Assembly (NCBI GenBank): GCA_965226375.1
Contig: CBDDCX010000007.1
Location: 64,001-128,000, forward strand
Length of the DNA: 64,000 nt
Source: Longimicrobiales bacterium
GTDB taxonomy: Bacteria > Gemmatimonadota > Gemmatimonadetes > Longimicrobiales > Gaopeijiaceae
Direction: 5' to 3'
Shown: one piece after another, positions 9,399-19,396 of the stretch
Layout: each line of letters starts with the position of its first letter
Numbering within the stretch: the first letter of the stretch is position 1
The notes under the pieces: model-generated
The model's input: only the letters and a program-made list of their open reading frames with translations
Database searches by the model: none
Told to the model about the DNA's origin: nothing
Program-made: the position numbers and the translations under genes

Positions 9399-11297
9399 TC
9401 ACCAAGCCAGGGAAAGGGTCTCTCTGCGCACATCGCCGGCAGCGATCATCACCCCAGTCACGGGATCACGGTACACTACGGTCGGAGCACCCGACCTCAG
9501 GTTCCAGAGGCCCCACCACTCCACGTCGTGACCCAGATCTCTCAGCGCATCAGCCGTCTCCACAGGGATGCGATCCTCCAGAAGGAGCCCTGCCGGGTTC
9601 CGATTGATCTCGTTTCCGGTGGTGGGAAAGTTGTAGCTGCCGAAGCGGGGCTGATCGAGAGCCTGCTCGGGCGACATCCCCCACACCACCACGTTCAGGA
9701 AGACCTGCAACAGCGACTGGAGCTGTTGGTCCGCTCCCGGGGTGGACAGTCCCATGAAAGGCTCCCCGTCCCTCATGACCAAGAGCGGCGTGTTCGTATT
9801 TCTCGGCCGTTTGCCCGGAGCCATCACGTTGGCCAGGCGCGGATCGAGATTGAACTGACCCATACGACCGCCGAGGCCGAAGCCCCATCCAGGAACCAGT
9901 GGCGTGGAGAGGTGCCCGTCACTCTCCGTCATGGAAAAGAGATTCCCGTCGGCGTCCATGACGTTCAGTGACGACGTGTCGAAGATCGGGCTCTCCTCTG
10001 AAGTCGTGGTGCCGGCGGCAGTGAACGATCGAGGCGCATCCTCGGCCTCGGCGAGCATCCGTGCCGGATCACCCCAAGGTGGCATGTCCTGGAACGCGCT
10101 CTCGGCATCGATCAGGGACCGCCGAATTCGGGCATACTCCCTCGTGTAGAGCTCTTCCGGCACGTCCACGCAATCGGGATCGCCCACGTACTTGTGGCTG
10201 TCGGACATCGCCAGGTCGATGACCTGAGTGATCAGGTGGATGTAACCGGGCGTGTTGTAGCCCAGGGTCTCGAGGTCGACGTCCTCGAGCATGTTCAGGA
10301 TGAGGATCATACGCGGACCCTGGGACCAGCCGTCGCCGGTGAAGACGTCATAGCCTCTGAACGTCGTCTTCAGCGGGGCCATCCACTCACCTTGGTAGCT
10401 CGCCAGGTCGTCGTACGTGACGAGCCCTCCCAGCTCACCGAAGAAAGCGTCCACGGCACGAGCCGGATCTCCTTTGTAGAAGGCGTCCCGGGCAGCCCTG
10501 ATTCCCTCAGAGCGCGTGCTCCCCGTGGCCAGCGCCCGCTCCTCGGCGTCCATCATGTATCGAATGAGCCTCCCCAGATCAGGGTTCACCATCAGGTCAC
10601 CGACCTGTTGTTCGCCCACACCATGCTGGAACCAGAACTCGCGGTTGTACGGAAACTCCAGAGCGCCTCGGGTCTGATCGTCGATCATCCACTTCTGCAT
10701 CTTGTACAGGTAGTAGCCCTCTTCGGCGATCTCCAAAGCTGGGCCGGCAGCGTCGGAAAAACCGACGGTCCCGTACCGATCCAGAGCCGCCAGCCATACG
10801 TCGACATCGGCGGGCACGAGCGCCGTGTTAACCGGGTCCTTCCCGTTCTCGACGAAGTACTCGAGCGTCGCTCCCGCGGGCGACTTCCCTGCTCCGACCC
10901 GTGTCACTACCTGCTTTTCGGCAGCGCTATAGAGGATCAGCGGAGCTACGCCGGTCCAGCCCGCGTAGTCCATCTTCGTGACCTTGAGTGCCATGGCGGC
11001 GGTGACCCCGGCATCGAAAGCGTTGCCTCCCCGCTTGAGCATGTCCATGCCCGCCATGGTGGCGAGGTAGTGCCCCGTTAAAATGACTCCGCGGCTCCCC
11101 ATGAGCCTCGGGCGCATGGCCTCGACGTTGGCCGAATCGTATACGTGTCCGTAGCTCCTGAACGGGGAGAGAGTCCCGAGAAGGTCGTTCGACGTCCTCT
11201 CGGAGACGCCCTCGGGCGACAACAGACCGAGGGCGAGGCCGGTGCCTGTCCCAGCCAGGATCAGGACAGCGGACGGTATGAGCACAGCTTTCTTCAT
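9399..11297 (-). CDS. ggt: Gamma-glutamyltransferase family protein
   Basis: GGNAFDAGV, KYVGDPD, DTSS nucleophile, APGKRPRNT, TPGADQQ and AGDVRR. Confidence 0.9.
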   Translation of the reverse strand: MKKAVLIPSAVLILAGTGTGLALGLLSPEGVSERTSNDLLGTLSPFRSYGHVYDSANVEAMRPRLMGSRGVILTGHYLATMAGMDMLKRGGNAFDAGVTAAMALKVTKMDYAGWTGVAPLILYSAAEKQVVTRVGAGKSPAGATLEYFVENGKDPVNTALVPADVDVWLAALDRYGTVGFSDAAGPALEIAEEGYYLYKMQKWMIDDQTRGALEFPYNREFWFQHGVGEQQVGDLMVNPDLGRLIRYMMDAEERALATGSTRSEGIRAARDAFYKGDPARAVDAFFGELGGLVTYDDLASYQGEWMAPLKTTFRGYDVFTGDGWSQGPRMILILNMLEDVDLETLGYNTPGYIHLITQVIDLAMSDSHKYVGDPDCVDVPEELYTREYARIRRSLIDAESAFQDMPPWGDPARMLAEAEDAPRSFTAAGTTTSEESPIFDTSSLNVMDADGNLFSMTESDGHLSTPLVPGWGFGLGGRMGQFNLDPRLANVMAPGKRPRNTNTPLLVMRDGEPFMGLSTPGADQQLQSLLQVFLNVVVWGMSPEQALDQPRFGSYNFPTTGNEINRNPAGLLLEDRIPVETADALRDLGHDVEWWGLWNLRSGAPTVVYRDPVTGVMIAAGDVRRETLSLAW

Positions 11298-11583
11298 GGC
11301 GATCCCCTACTGTGTCGACTTGGGAGAAACCCGGTGTTCAACGCGCCCCCACGGACCCGCGCACATGGGCATGGGATCTCCTTGCACCATTCGGCCCGAC
11401 GCCGGGAGCAATGGCTTGGCCGCGAGTCGTTCGATGCCCCGGTCGGGTCTTCTACGGTGCAGAACATACGGCGACCGTCCGCCATGAGGCGACCCTCAGC
11501 GATTCTAGATGACGGCCCCCACTATCCCGGGGCTGGCTGGTGGAATCCACGAGCCTATCTGTACGACGGACTCGGATCTGCGC

Positions 11584-11925
11584 TCAACCCCCGAAGAAGA
11601 TCGACACCGCGAAGTTGAGAAGGCCCAGCAGCAAGCTCCCGAACAAGGCCGGCTTGAACCCCTTCACCTCGAACCCCGGGACGAACGCCGCAGCGAGCAT
11701 GAGCATGAGGGTGTTCACCACCCAGATGAACAGTCCGAGCGTGATGATCGTGATGGGCATGGTGAGCACGACCAGGATGGGCCGAATCACCGCGTTGGCA
11801 AAGCCGAGAACGAGGGCCCCTATGAAGGCTGCGCTCGCATCCTCCACCTCGATGCCGGAAATCATCTTTCCGACCACGGCAAGGAGGCCGGCGGTCACCA
11901 GCAGGTGCACGGCAAACTGAATCAC
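11584..11925 (-). CDS. YvlD-like 4-TM membrane protein (so-called phage holin family 4)
   Basis: ALVLGFANAVIRPILVVLTMPITIITLGLF..VN signature. Confidence 0.88.
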   Translation of the reverse strand: MIQFAVHLLVTAGLLAVVGKMISGIEVEDASAAFIGALVLGFANAVIRPILVVLTMPITIITLGLFIWVVNTLMLMLAAAFVPGFEVKGFKPALFGSLLLGLLNFAVSIFFGG

Positions 11926-12078
11926 ATTTTAATCCTGAAAAAGACGACTACGGTGCGGGATCGACCCTTCCCCAGCGATCGTCGATTCCCCTCTCATTAT
12001 GACGCATCAACGGCGCCAAGGGTTTCGTCACCCGTCGCGCGTCGAACGGCCAACCGGTCACTCGACCCTGCCGTCGCG

Positions 12079-14604
12079 TCACCCAGACCCGCCGGCCAAA
12101 CGTCCGAGGGCGCCCATGAGATCGGGCTTGTCGTCCAGCACGCCGAGGAGGGGATCCCCACCTTTGAGGCGCTTCATACGGGCTGGCACGGTCTTGATGG
12201 TGTGTTTCCGGATGTCCAGCTTGTTGGTCACCTCGCTCCACCGAAGGGGAGTGGACACCGCGGCCTCCGGCACGGGCCGGACGCAGAAGGGGGCTACCAG
12301 CAGCTGGCCGGAGGCGTTCTGCAGAAAGTCCACGTAGACCTTCCCTTCCCGGCTCCTGAGAGCCCGAGTGACGGTGGCGATTTCAGGCAGTTCTCCCACG
12401 ACCACACGGGCGAGCAGGTTCCCGAGCATGCGTGATTGTTCGTAGTCGATCTGCTGCCCGAGGGGAATCAGAACGTGAAGCCCTGAAGAACCGCTGGTCT
12501 TCACATAGGTGGGAAGCTCGATCTCCTGGCATACTTCGCGGATTGCCTTCGCCACCTTCACCACGTCGGTGAACGGCGCTCCCTTCGGATCCAGGTCGAG
12601 AATGCACCAGTCGGGCTTGGGCAGGTTCGACGTGCGACTCGACCAAATGTGAAGGGGGATGGCCGCGGAGTTGGCCACCCAAAGGAGCGACTCGACGTCT
12701 TCCACGACGAAGTAGTCGAGAACCTTTTCGGAGTCCTCGCTCACAACAGGCTCCCTTCGAAGCCACTCCGGCGCCCACTCCGGGGCGTTCTTCTGATAGA
12801 AGGAATTGCCGTCGATGCCGTCCGGATACCGCGTGAGGACCAGGCAGCGGTCGTCCAGGTACGGCGCGATCCATTCCCACACAGTGCGGTAATACTCGAT
12901 GAGGTCGCCCTTGGTGTAGCCCGTGTCGGGCCAAAGGACCTTGTCCAGATTGGTGAACGGAACCGTCCGTTCCACCGTGCGGTCCACCACCGTCACCGGC
13001 TCGGACAACGCCTCCTCCGCTCCGTCGTCCTGCCTGACACACTCCTCCGGCTGCTTGTCGTCCCTGAGGCGGACGAAGGAGGGGTGCCGGATCACGCCCC
13101 CTGACGTGAACTCCTTGTACTGGACTTCAGCGACCAGCCTCGGCTGGACCCAGTGGTGAGCCTTCCCCTTGGGCGCAGGACCGGCACAGGGAGGGCCGGG
13201 CTCACCTTCCAGCGACTCGAGTGACGCCAGGATCTCGTCGAGAAGGGCATCGCTGAAGCCAGTCCCGACGCTTCCGGAGTACGTCAGCTCCCCGTCGACG
13301 TATTGAGCCAGGTGGAGCGCCCCGAAACCAGCACGTCCACCCTTGGGGTCCGTGTAGCCAACCACCACGAAGTCGTCGGCCTCGACCGTGCGAATCTTGT
13401 ACCAGTTCTTCGAGCGGCCGGAGCGGTAGGGGCTGTCGGCCTTCTTGGCCACGATCCCCTCCAGGCGCATGTCCGTCACCTGCTTGTACATGGCCTCACC
13501 CCGCACCGGAATGTGATCCGAGTATCGTACGGGCCCCACGCTGGGGAGCACCGCCCGGAGGAGCTCTTTTCGGGACACGAGGGGCAGATCTCGCAGATCG
13601 AGTCCACCGAAAGCGAGAAGGTCGAACGCGTAGAAGACGGCCGGCAGGTCCAGCGTCGCCTGAAGAATGTCCGACCGTCTCTGCAAGCGGCCCCTCCGCT
13701 GGAGCCGGCTGAAACTCGGCAGGCCCGCCTCGTCGTGCACGACCACCTCTCCGTCCAGGACAGTGCCATCGTACGGCAGTCCCTGGAGCGCGCGTGCGAT
13801 GTCCGGGAAGGTCTCCGTGAGGTCGTTCCCGTTTCGCGACCACAGCACGGGCTGATCGGTCTCCCGGGACGCGATGAGCCGGTAGCCGTCATACTTGAGC
13901 TCGAAGATCCAACCCTCCTTGTCGAAAGGGGCCTCGCGGCTCGTGGCGAGCATGACCTTCATCTTCTGGGCGGACGGTGCCGCCTTCTCGGCTCCGAGTT
14001 GGCTGGCCAATTCGAGGATCTCTGCCTCACGCGCCCCCGGGTCGAGAAGCTGATCCACGAGGAGGCCCGAGTAGATGGAGTCGTCGGGATAGGCCTCCAT
14101 GCCCCGCTCGTCCACGTAACCATCCCGCTCCTTGATGAGCAGCCAGTGGTTGTCCCCCCGCTTGGGGGTGTGCACCAGAGTCCAGCGGCCCCGCAGTTTG
14201 TAGCCTCGGAGCTCGAAGAGCAGCTTTCCGTGCTCCAGCCCGTGTTTCTCGCCGGGAATCTCGATCCAGACGCCCTTGTCCCAACAGATGGACGGGCCGG
14301 CGCCGTACTGCCCCGCGGGAATCACTCCCTCGAATTCTGCATACTCGATGGGGTGCGGCTCCACGTGCATGGCAAGGCGCTTGTCGGCGGTATCCGGAGA
14401 GGGGCCCTTGGGCACCGCCCATGACTCCAGAGCACCGTCCATCTCGAGGCGCAGGTCCCAATGTAGGGAACTCGCATGGTGCTTTTGCACGACGAACAGC
14501 CGGGCAACTCCCCCCGAAGCCATGCCCCCGAAGGGCTCGGGCGTTTCAGCTGCGGAGCGCTTCTCTCGATAGTGCTTGAGACGGTCGTCTGGGGTGGATG
14601 CCAT
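12079..14604 (-). CDS. ligD: DNA ligase D (phosphoesterase-ligase-polymerase)
   Basis: N-terminal PE domain (VQKHHASSLHWDLRLE), ligase motif ELKYDGYR plus EGIVAKK, and C-terminal AEP polymerase (RYPDG, DLDP, KTSGSSGLH). Confidence 0.96.
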   Translation of the reverse strand: MASTPDDRLKHYREKRSAAETPEPFGGMASGGVARLFVVQKHHASSLHWDLRLEMDGALESWAVPKGPSPDTADKRLAMHVEPHPIEYAEFEGVIPAGQYGAGPSICWDKGVWIEIPGEKHGLEHGKLLFELRGYKLRGRWTLVHTPKRGDNHWLLIKERDGYVDERGMEAYPDDSIYSGLLVDQLLDPGAREAEILELASQLGAEKAAPSAQKMKVMLATSREAPFDKEGWIFELKYDGYRLIASRETDQPVLWSRNGNDLTETFPDIARALQGLPYDGTVLDGEVVVHDEAGLPSFSRLQRRGRLQRRSDILQATLDLPAVFYAFDLLAFGGLDLRDLPLVSRKELLRAVLPSVGPVRYSDHIPVRGEAMYKQVTDMRLEGIVAKKADSPYRSGRSKNWYKIRTVEADDFVVVGYTDPKGGRAGFGALHLAQYVDGELTYSGSVGTGFSDALLDEILASLESLEGEPGPPCAGPAPKGKAHHWVQPRLVAEVQYKEFTSGGVIRHPSFVRLRDDKQPEECVRQDDGAEEALSEPVTVVDRTVERTVPFTNLDKVLWPDTGYTKGDLIEYYRTVWEWIAPYLDDRCLVLTRYPDGIDGNSFYQKNAPEWAPEWLRREPVVSEDSEKVLDYFVVEDVESLLWVANSAAIPLHIWSSRTSNLPKPDWCILDLDPKGAPFTDVVKVAKAIREVCQEIELPTYVKTSGSSGLHVLIPLGQQIDYEQSRMLGNLLARVVVGELPEIATVTRALRSREGKVYVDFLQNASGQLLVAPFCVRPVPEAAVSTPLRWSEVTNKLDIRKHTIKTVPARMKRLKGGDPLLGVLDDKPDLMGALGRLAGGSG

Positions 14605-14610
14605 GTGGAA

Positions 14611-14616
14611 ACGTTA
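14611..14616 (-). promoter_or_regulatory. Putative -10 element of a leaderless ligD promoter
   Basis: Minus strand reads TAACGT-ttccac-ATG (TAnnnT-N6-ATG), with no SD. Confidence 0.4.
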
Positions 14617-14844
14617 GCGGGGGCCCGTGGGCGGGCAACACCTATCCCACCTGATATCTACTGGAAAGGAGCGGAGGGCCACCCCAGATTACCCTGGTCC
14701 TAGCGGAGCTGGACCGAACGAGCTTGTGTCGACCAGGCCCGCGGATATCGAACCGGAGACAGCACCGAACTCGATGGAGGTCCCATGCGTGACAGGATCC
14801 GTTATCCCAAAGGCCTTCCTCGATGGGCACCCCACGAGGTGGTC

Positions 14845-16230
14845 GTGACTCGGTTGGTACGGGCTGTCGCCGTGTTCGCCGTAGCCGTTCTCGGGCTGTC
14901 GGGCGCCCACCTCACCGGCCAGGACCTGCCAACCGCACCCGCCGACGCGATGGGCAAGCTCGGGGGCTCGCCGAACGTGCAGCTGCTGAGCCACCTGCCC
15001 CTGGAGGGGTTCTTCTACAACGGTGGGATCGACATCGAACAGGAGATGTCGCGTCCGTACGCATATGTCCCGCTCTGGCTCGACAAAGCGGGCTTCGTCG
15101 TGATCGACCTCGCGGACCCCGAGGATCCACGCATCATCTACAGGTGGGAGATCGAAAACGCAGAGCTACACCAGTTCGGTCGAGGTGAGACGGGCAAGTA
15201 CTTCAAGACGGGCGATCGTTACTACTACGTGAAGACGACAGTTTTCGGCACCGCCGGCCCGGACCCGGACCTGTGTGCGGTGGTGTTCGATGTGACCGGC
15301 CTCCCCGACCCGGACAGTGTTCGAGAGGTCGGTCGCATCCGGTCGCCGGATATCGTTACCGGATGCTTGAGCGTGTTTCCCTACAAACACTCCGATGGCC
15401 GCACGCTTCTGCTGGCAGGGGTGCGGGCGGCCACACCCGGCACCGTACCGCATGGCAAGATCTACGACATGGACCGCTTCCTGGCTGGGGATGCTGACCA
15501 GGGATACGTAGGACCCGTGCCGCTACCCGACCTCGGGCTCGGGCCGACCAACTCCGCCTATCACGATCTCTATGCGGCGTATGATGTCGCCAGAGAGCGC
15601 GACGTAGTGTATGGCGGCGGAGCGGGTGGTTATCACATGTACGACCTGACGATTCCCGAGGCGCCCAAGTACTTGGGTTCGATTTCGGGCACGAGCGGAA
15701 TCCAGCGCGGCCATACGATCATCGCGACCCCGGACGGCCGCTACGGCGTGACTCAAATGGAATATCAGTTCGCGCCCATGATGGTTTTCGACCTGGCACC
15801 CATTCAGGACGGGATCACCCAGCGAATCTCACGGCCCCAGGGGGCATGGATCGCGGACTGGAGAGACCTGGCCCACAACATGGAGGTCCGCTGGCCCTAC
15901 GTGTTCGTAGCCGCTTACGAAGACGGCCTCCAGATCTTCGACATGCACGACCCGGCGGAGCCTGTGACCCTCGGGTGGCACTATACGTGCCAATGCACCC
16001 ACCAGACGGGGTTCGGGGGAGGCGACCGCATCAGGGGAACTAGCGTCTTCAACGGTGCCATGGAGGTCGACGTTCGGAATGAAGACGGGCTGATCGTGGT
16101 CAGCGACCTCAATACCGGCTTCTGGGCCTTCCGGCTCAACGGCTTCACCGGATGGAACGGCCGGGACTACGGTCTTCCCAACGTCTCGAGCGCCCAGAAC
16201 TGGGACTTTGGACCGACCGAGGGCAGATAA
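14845..16230 (+). CDS. Secreted LVIVD-repeat/beta-propeller protein
   Basis: Signal peptide, GFVVIDLADP, AYEDGLQIFD and LIVVSD motifs, and His-rich YHD/GHT/AHN motifs. Start uncertain (14785-14845). Confidence 0.75.
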   Translation: MTRLVRAVAVFAVAVLGLSGAHLTGQDLPTAPADAMGKLGGSPNVQLLSHLPLEGFFYNGGIDIEQEMSRPYAYVPLWLDKAGFVVIDLADPEDPRIIYRWEIENAELHQFGRGETGKYFKTGDRYYYVKTTVFGTAGPDPDLCAVVFDVTGLPDPDSVREVGRIRSPDIVTGCLSVFPYKHSDGRTLLLAGVRAATPGTVPHGKIYDMDRFLAGDADQGYVGPVPLPDLGLGPTNSAYHDLYAAYDVARERDVVYGGGAGGYHMYDLTIPEAPKYLGSISGTSGIQRGHTIIATPDGRYGVTQMEYQFAPMMVFDLAPIQDGITQRISRPQGAWIADWRDLAHNMEVRWPYVFVAAYEDGLQIFDMHDPAEPVTLGWHYTCQCTHQTGFGGGDRIRGTSVFNGAMEVDVRNEDGLIVVSDLNTGFWAFRLNGFTGWNGRDYGLPNVSSAQNWDFGPTEGR

Positions 16231-16303
16231 GCGTAGGGACCGACGGGCGGCAGAATAGAGCCGAGACGGAAACGTCCACCCGGCAGCACCTGTCATATTT
16301 TTA

Positions 16304-16334
16304 TTGCGTTCCGTCGCCTCGTGAACATATGTTT
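16304..16334 (+). promoter_or_regulatory. Candidate ku promoter overlapped by a palindromic operator
   Basis: TTGCGT-N18-TATGTT in an AT-rich patch; GAACATATGTTT at 16323-16334. Confidence 0.4.
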
Positions 16335-16372
16335 CCTTCCGCCTTTGAGTCTGGTAAAGGGAGTTTTTTTCA

Positions 16373-17221
16373 ATGGCCGCACGCCCGATTTCAACGTCGA
16401 CCATCTCGTTCGGATTGGTCTCCGTGCCGGTAAAGCTTTATGCCACCGGGGAATCCAAGTCCAAGATCTCGTTCAACATGGTCCACAAGGACTGTGGAAC
16501 GCGCGTAAAGCAGCAGTACATCTGCCCCAAGGACGACGTGATCGTCCCCCGCGAGGACATGGTGAAGGGGTACGAGTTCGCCAAGGGTCAGTACGTGCTC
16601 TTTACCCCGGAGGAACTCAAGGCGGTAGAGCAGCCCAAGACCGACTCGATTCAGATCACCGAGTTCGTTCCGGCAGACCAGGTGGATCGCCTGTTGCTGG
16701 ATCGGGCCTATTACCTCGGACCCGACAAGGGGGGTACTCGGGCATATCTGCTCCTCTCAGCGGCCCTGCAGGAAACCGAACGAGTGGCCATCGCCAAGTA
16801 CGCGACTCGCGGCAAGCAGTATCTGGTCATGGTGCGACCCTTCGGAGAAGGTCTTCTCCTGGAGCAGCTGCGCTACGCCGACGAGGTCCGAGACTTCGCC
16901 GACGTGCCCATCGAGGAGGGCGAGGTGAGCGAATCTGCGCTCAAGCTCGCAACGCAGCTGGTGGCTCAGGCTTCCTCAGACGAATTCAAGGCCGAGGTCT
17001 ATAAGGACGAGGTCCGGGATCGAATGCTGGAGCTCATTCAGCAGAAAGTCGACGGCGAGGAGATCGTTTCATCGATCACGGAAGAGCCGCAGACGCAGAT
17101 CATCGACCTGATGGCGGCTCTCAAGGCCAGCCTCTCCGATGAGGGTGAGGAGAGGAAGCCGGCCAAGAAAGCATCCAGCAAGAAGAAGACCTCCGCCAAG
17201 AAGAAGGCGTCCTCCGGCTGA
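16373..17221 (+). CDS. ku: NHEJ protein Ku
   Basis: ISFGLVSVPVKLY, VKGYE, YYLGPD, IIDLMAALKASL and a basic C-terminal tail. Confidence 0.96.
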   Translation: MAARPISTSTISFGLVSVPVKLYATGESKSKISFNMVHKDCGTRVKQQYICPKDDVIVPREDMVKGYEFAKGQYVLFTPEELKAVEQPKTDSIQITEFVPADQVDRLLLDRAYYLGPDKGGTRAYLLLSAALQETERVAIAKYATRGKQYLVMVRPFGEGLLLEQLRYADEVRDFADVPIEEGEVSESALKLATQLVAQASSDEFKAEVYKDEVRDRMLELIQQKVDGEEIVSSITEEPQTQIIDLMAALKASLSDEGEERKPAKKASSKKKTSAKKKASSG

Positions 17222-17293
17222 CCGACCAGGTCCTGAGCCAACGCCCGCCCCTCGGCGTCTGATGGAGAACCTGCCCGAATCGGAAGCGGGGAG

Positions 17294-18112
17294 ATGAAGG
17301 GATACACCACCCGGCAAGTGGCCGAGATCCTCGGCATCCCAGTCGCCCGTGCGCGCTCGATCGCCAGGTCCGGGTTCTTCGATCCAGCGAGAGGCCCTCG
17401 CAACGAATACCGGTTTTCCTTTTCGGACATCATCCTGCTCCGCACCACCCGAGACCTCAGGGATGCCGGCGTTTCCATGCAGCGGGTGGGCGGGGTCCTC
17501 CATGCGCTCCGGGAAAAACTTCCGAAAGGTGAGCCCCTGAGCGCCCTCCACATCATGTCAGACGGGGACACCGTGGTCGTGAAGGAAGAGAGCACCGTCT
17601 GGGATCCACAGTCCGGCCAGGTCCATCTCGATTTCTCCGTCAGCGAGTTGGCCGCAAAGGTCGAGCCCATCGCAAGGGCCGTGGGCTCCCACGTGTCGTC
17701 GGTCGACCTGGGCGCGGACGAGTGGTACGACCTGGCGTTGGACCTGGAGCCGGTTGCGACCGACCGTGCCACGGACGCGTACCGACGGGCTCTCGCGCTC
17801 AACCCGGGGCACATAAGGGCCCACCTGAACCTCGGCCGGCTGCAGCATGAGGCGGGAGAGGTCGAGTCGGCCGAGGCGCACTATCGGCAAGCGCTAGCGG
17901 CCAATCCCGATTCGGCGACGGCGGCGTTCAACCTGGGAGTAGCCCTTGAAGATCTCGGGCGCGTGTCCGAAGCGATCGACGCATACGAGAGGGCGCTCCG
18001 CTCGGAGCCGGACATGGCTTCGGCGCACTACAACCTGTCGCGTCTCTACGAGGCGGAGGGGCGGTCCAAGGAGGCACTGCGACACCTGGCGGACTATAAG
18101 CGGCTGGTGTAG
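17294..18112 (+). CDS. MerR-like HTH plus tetratricopeptide repeat protein
   Basis: N-terminal YTTRQVAEILG...YRFSFSDIILLR (MerR-like). C-terminal TPRs: AHLNLGRL, AAFNLGVALEDLG, AHYNLSRLY. Confidence 0.85.
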   Translation: MKGYTTRQVAEILGIPVARARSIARSGFFDPARGPRNEYRFSFSDIILLRTTRDLRDAGVSMQRVGGVLHALREKLPKGEPLSALHIMSDGDTVVVKEESTVWDPQSGQVHLDFSVSELAAKVEPIARAVGSHVSSVDLGADEWYDLALDLEPVATDRATDAYRRALALNPGHIRAHLNLGRLQHEAGEVESAEAHYRQALAANPDSATAAFNLGVALEDLGRVSEAIDAYERALRSEPDMASAHYNLSRLYEAEGRSKEALRHLADYKRLV

Positions 18113-18118
18113 TCCGCC

Positions 18119-19337
18119 CTACTTCGCCACCCGGTTCCGCCCAGCTTTCTTCGCCCGGTACAAGGCCTTATCCGCCGCCTTCACGACCGCCTCGGGTGTT
18201 GCCGCCTTCTCCGTGCGCTCGGCCACACCAATACTCACGGTCACCGAGAGGCGCCGTGGGGATCTCTTCTTCGCTTTCTTGCCTGAGGCACTCTTTACGG
18301 GCGGTTTCTTCCGGGGCCGCCCGATCCGCCGAACCGCGAACCGGCTCGCCTCGATCCTCTCCCGCAACTCCTCGAGGTGAGGCAACACGTCCTCCCGGCT
18401 CTTTCCCGGGAACACCACCGTGAATTCCTCCCCACCGTAGCGAAAGGCCCGTCCACCCCCACTCACCTTGCCGAGTTGCCCGCCCACGAGCCGAAGCACC
18501 TGATCGCCGACGTCGTGTCCGTGGCGATCGTTGAATTTCTTGAAGTGGTCCACATCGACCATGGCCACCGCATACGAGCGTCCGGCCGAGTCGATCTCCT
18601 GCCACAAGGCTCTCCGGGCGGGGAGCCCTGTAAGTTCGTCCCGGAAGGCCATCGCGTAGGACGTCTCGACCACGGCCAGGGCCAGCACGAGGGCGCCCGC
18701 CTTGAGGTGCACCGTGGACTCCACGGAGTCGGCCCCGTGGCCGAGTGCGAAGAGCACCGCGATCGTCGTCCAGAACAGTCCCTTTTCTACGGGGTGGTCT
18801 CTGCGGATCGCCATCCCCAGTGTGGTCAGAATTACCAATGACCCTACCACGACCGCCCCGTTGGAGAGGCCGAGCCAGTCGGGAGGAACCCCGGGGAGGA
18901 ACGGTGTCCCACGTCCAGGTGAGTGTCTCGGGCCGGACATTCCAGAGGACCAGCCCGACGGCCATGGTCGCGGCCACGAAGATCGGTTGGAGCCCACCCA
19001 GTCCCGAAAAGACTCCGCGGTCCTTCAGAATCGACAGAGCACCGAGTGCGAGTAGCAGGATGATGCCGGCCGTACCCCACGACGATCCGAAAACCGAGCT
19101 GACAACCCCGGGATCGATCGTGGTGCAGGTCACGGCCGACGGCTCTCCGACGAATGGACGCGGCAGAGCGGGTCCGTACCCGGCGGGACGTACAAACCAT
19201 TCCAGGAGGATGAGACCCAGCAGCACGGCCCCTACCCTGCTGCGCCGGAATCGCCAGGCTAGAAGAAGGCCACCCGCGAAGATGACAAGCGGATATCTAT
19301 CGACGGCCTGCTCCAGCCACGGGGCGTCTCCCGCCAT
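18119..19337 (-). CDS. Membrane-bound diguanylate cyclase, apparently frameshifted near 18908
   Basis: C-terminal RDELTGL, DVDHFKKFND.HGH.VGD and RYGGEEF. The N-terminal TM region is in a different frame (ORF 18168..19337) and may extend to about 19400. Confidence 0.8.
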
Positions 19338-19396
19338 CGTGGTGAGCGCGATCCCGGAGAGGACCAGGATGGCGCCGGGCCAGACCCAGCCGACGA

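Noticed and set aside
11584..11925. Prophage suggested by a holin-family gene
   Set aside because: YvlD-like proteins are common chromosomal membrane proteins, and no phage genes are nearby.
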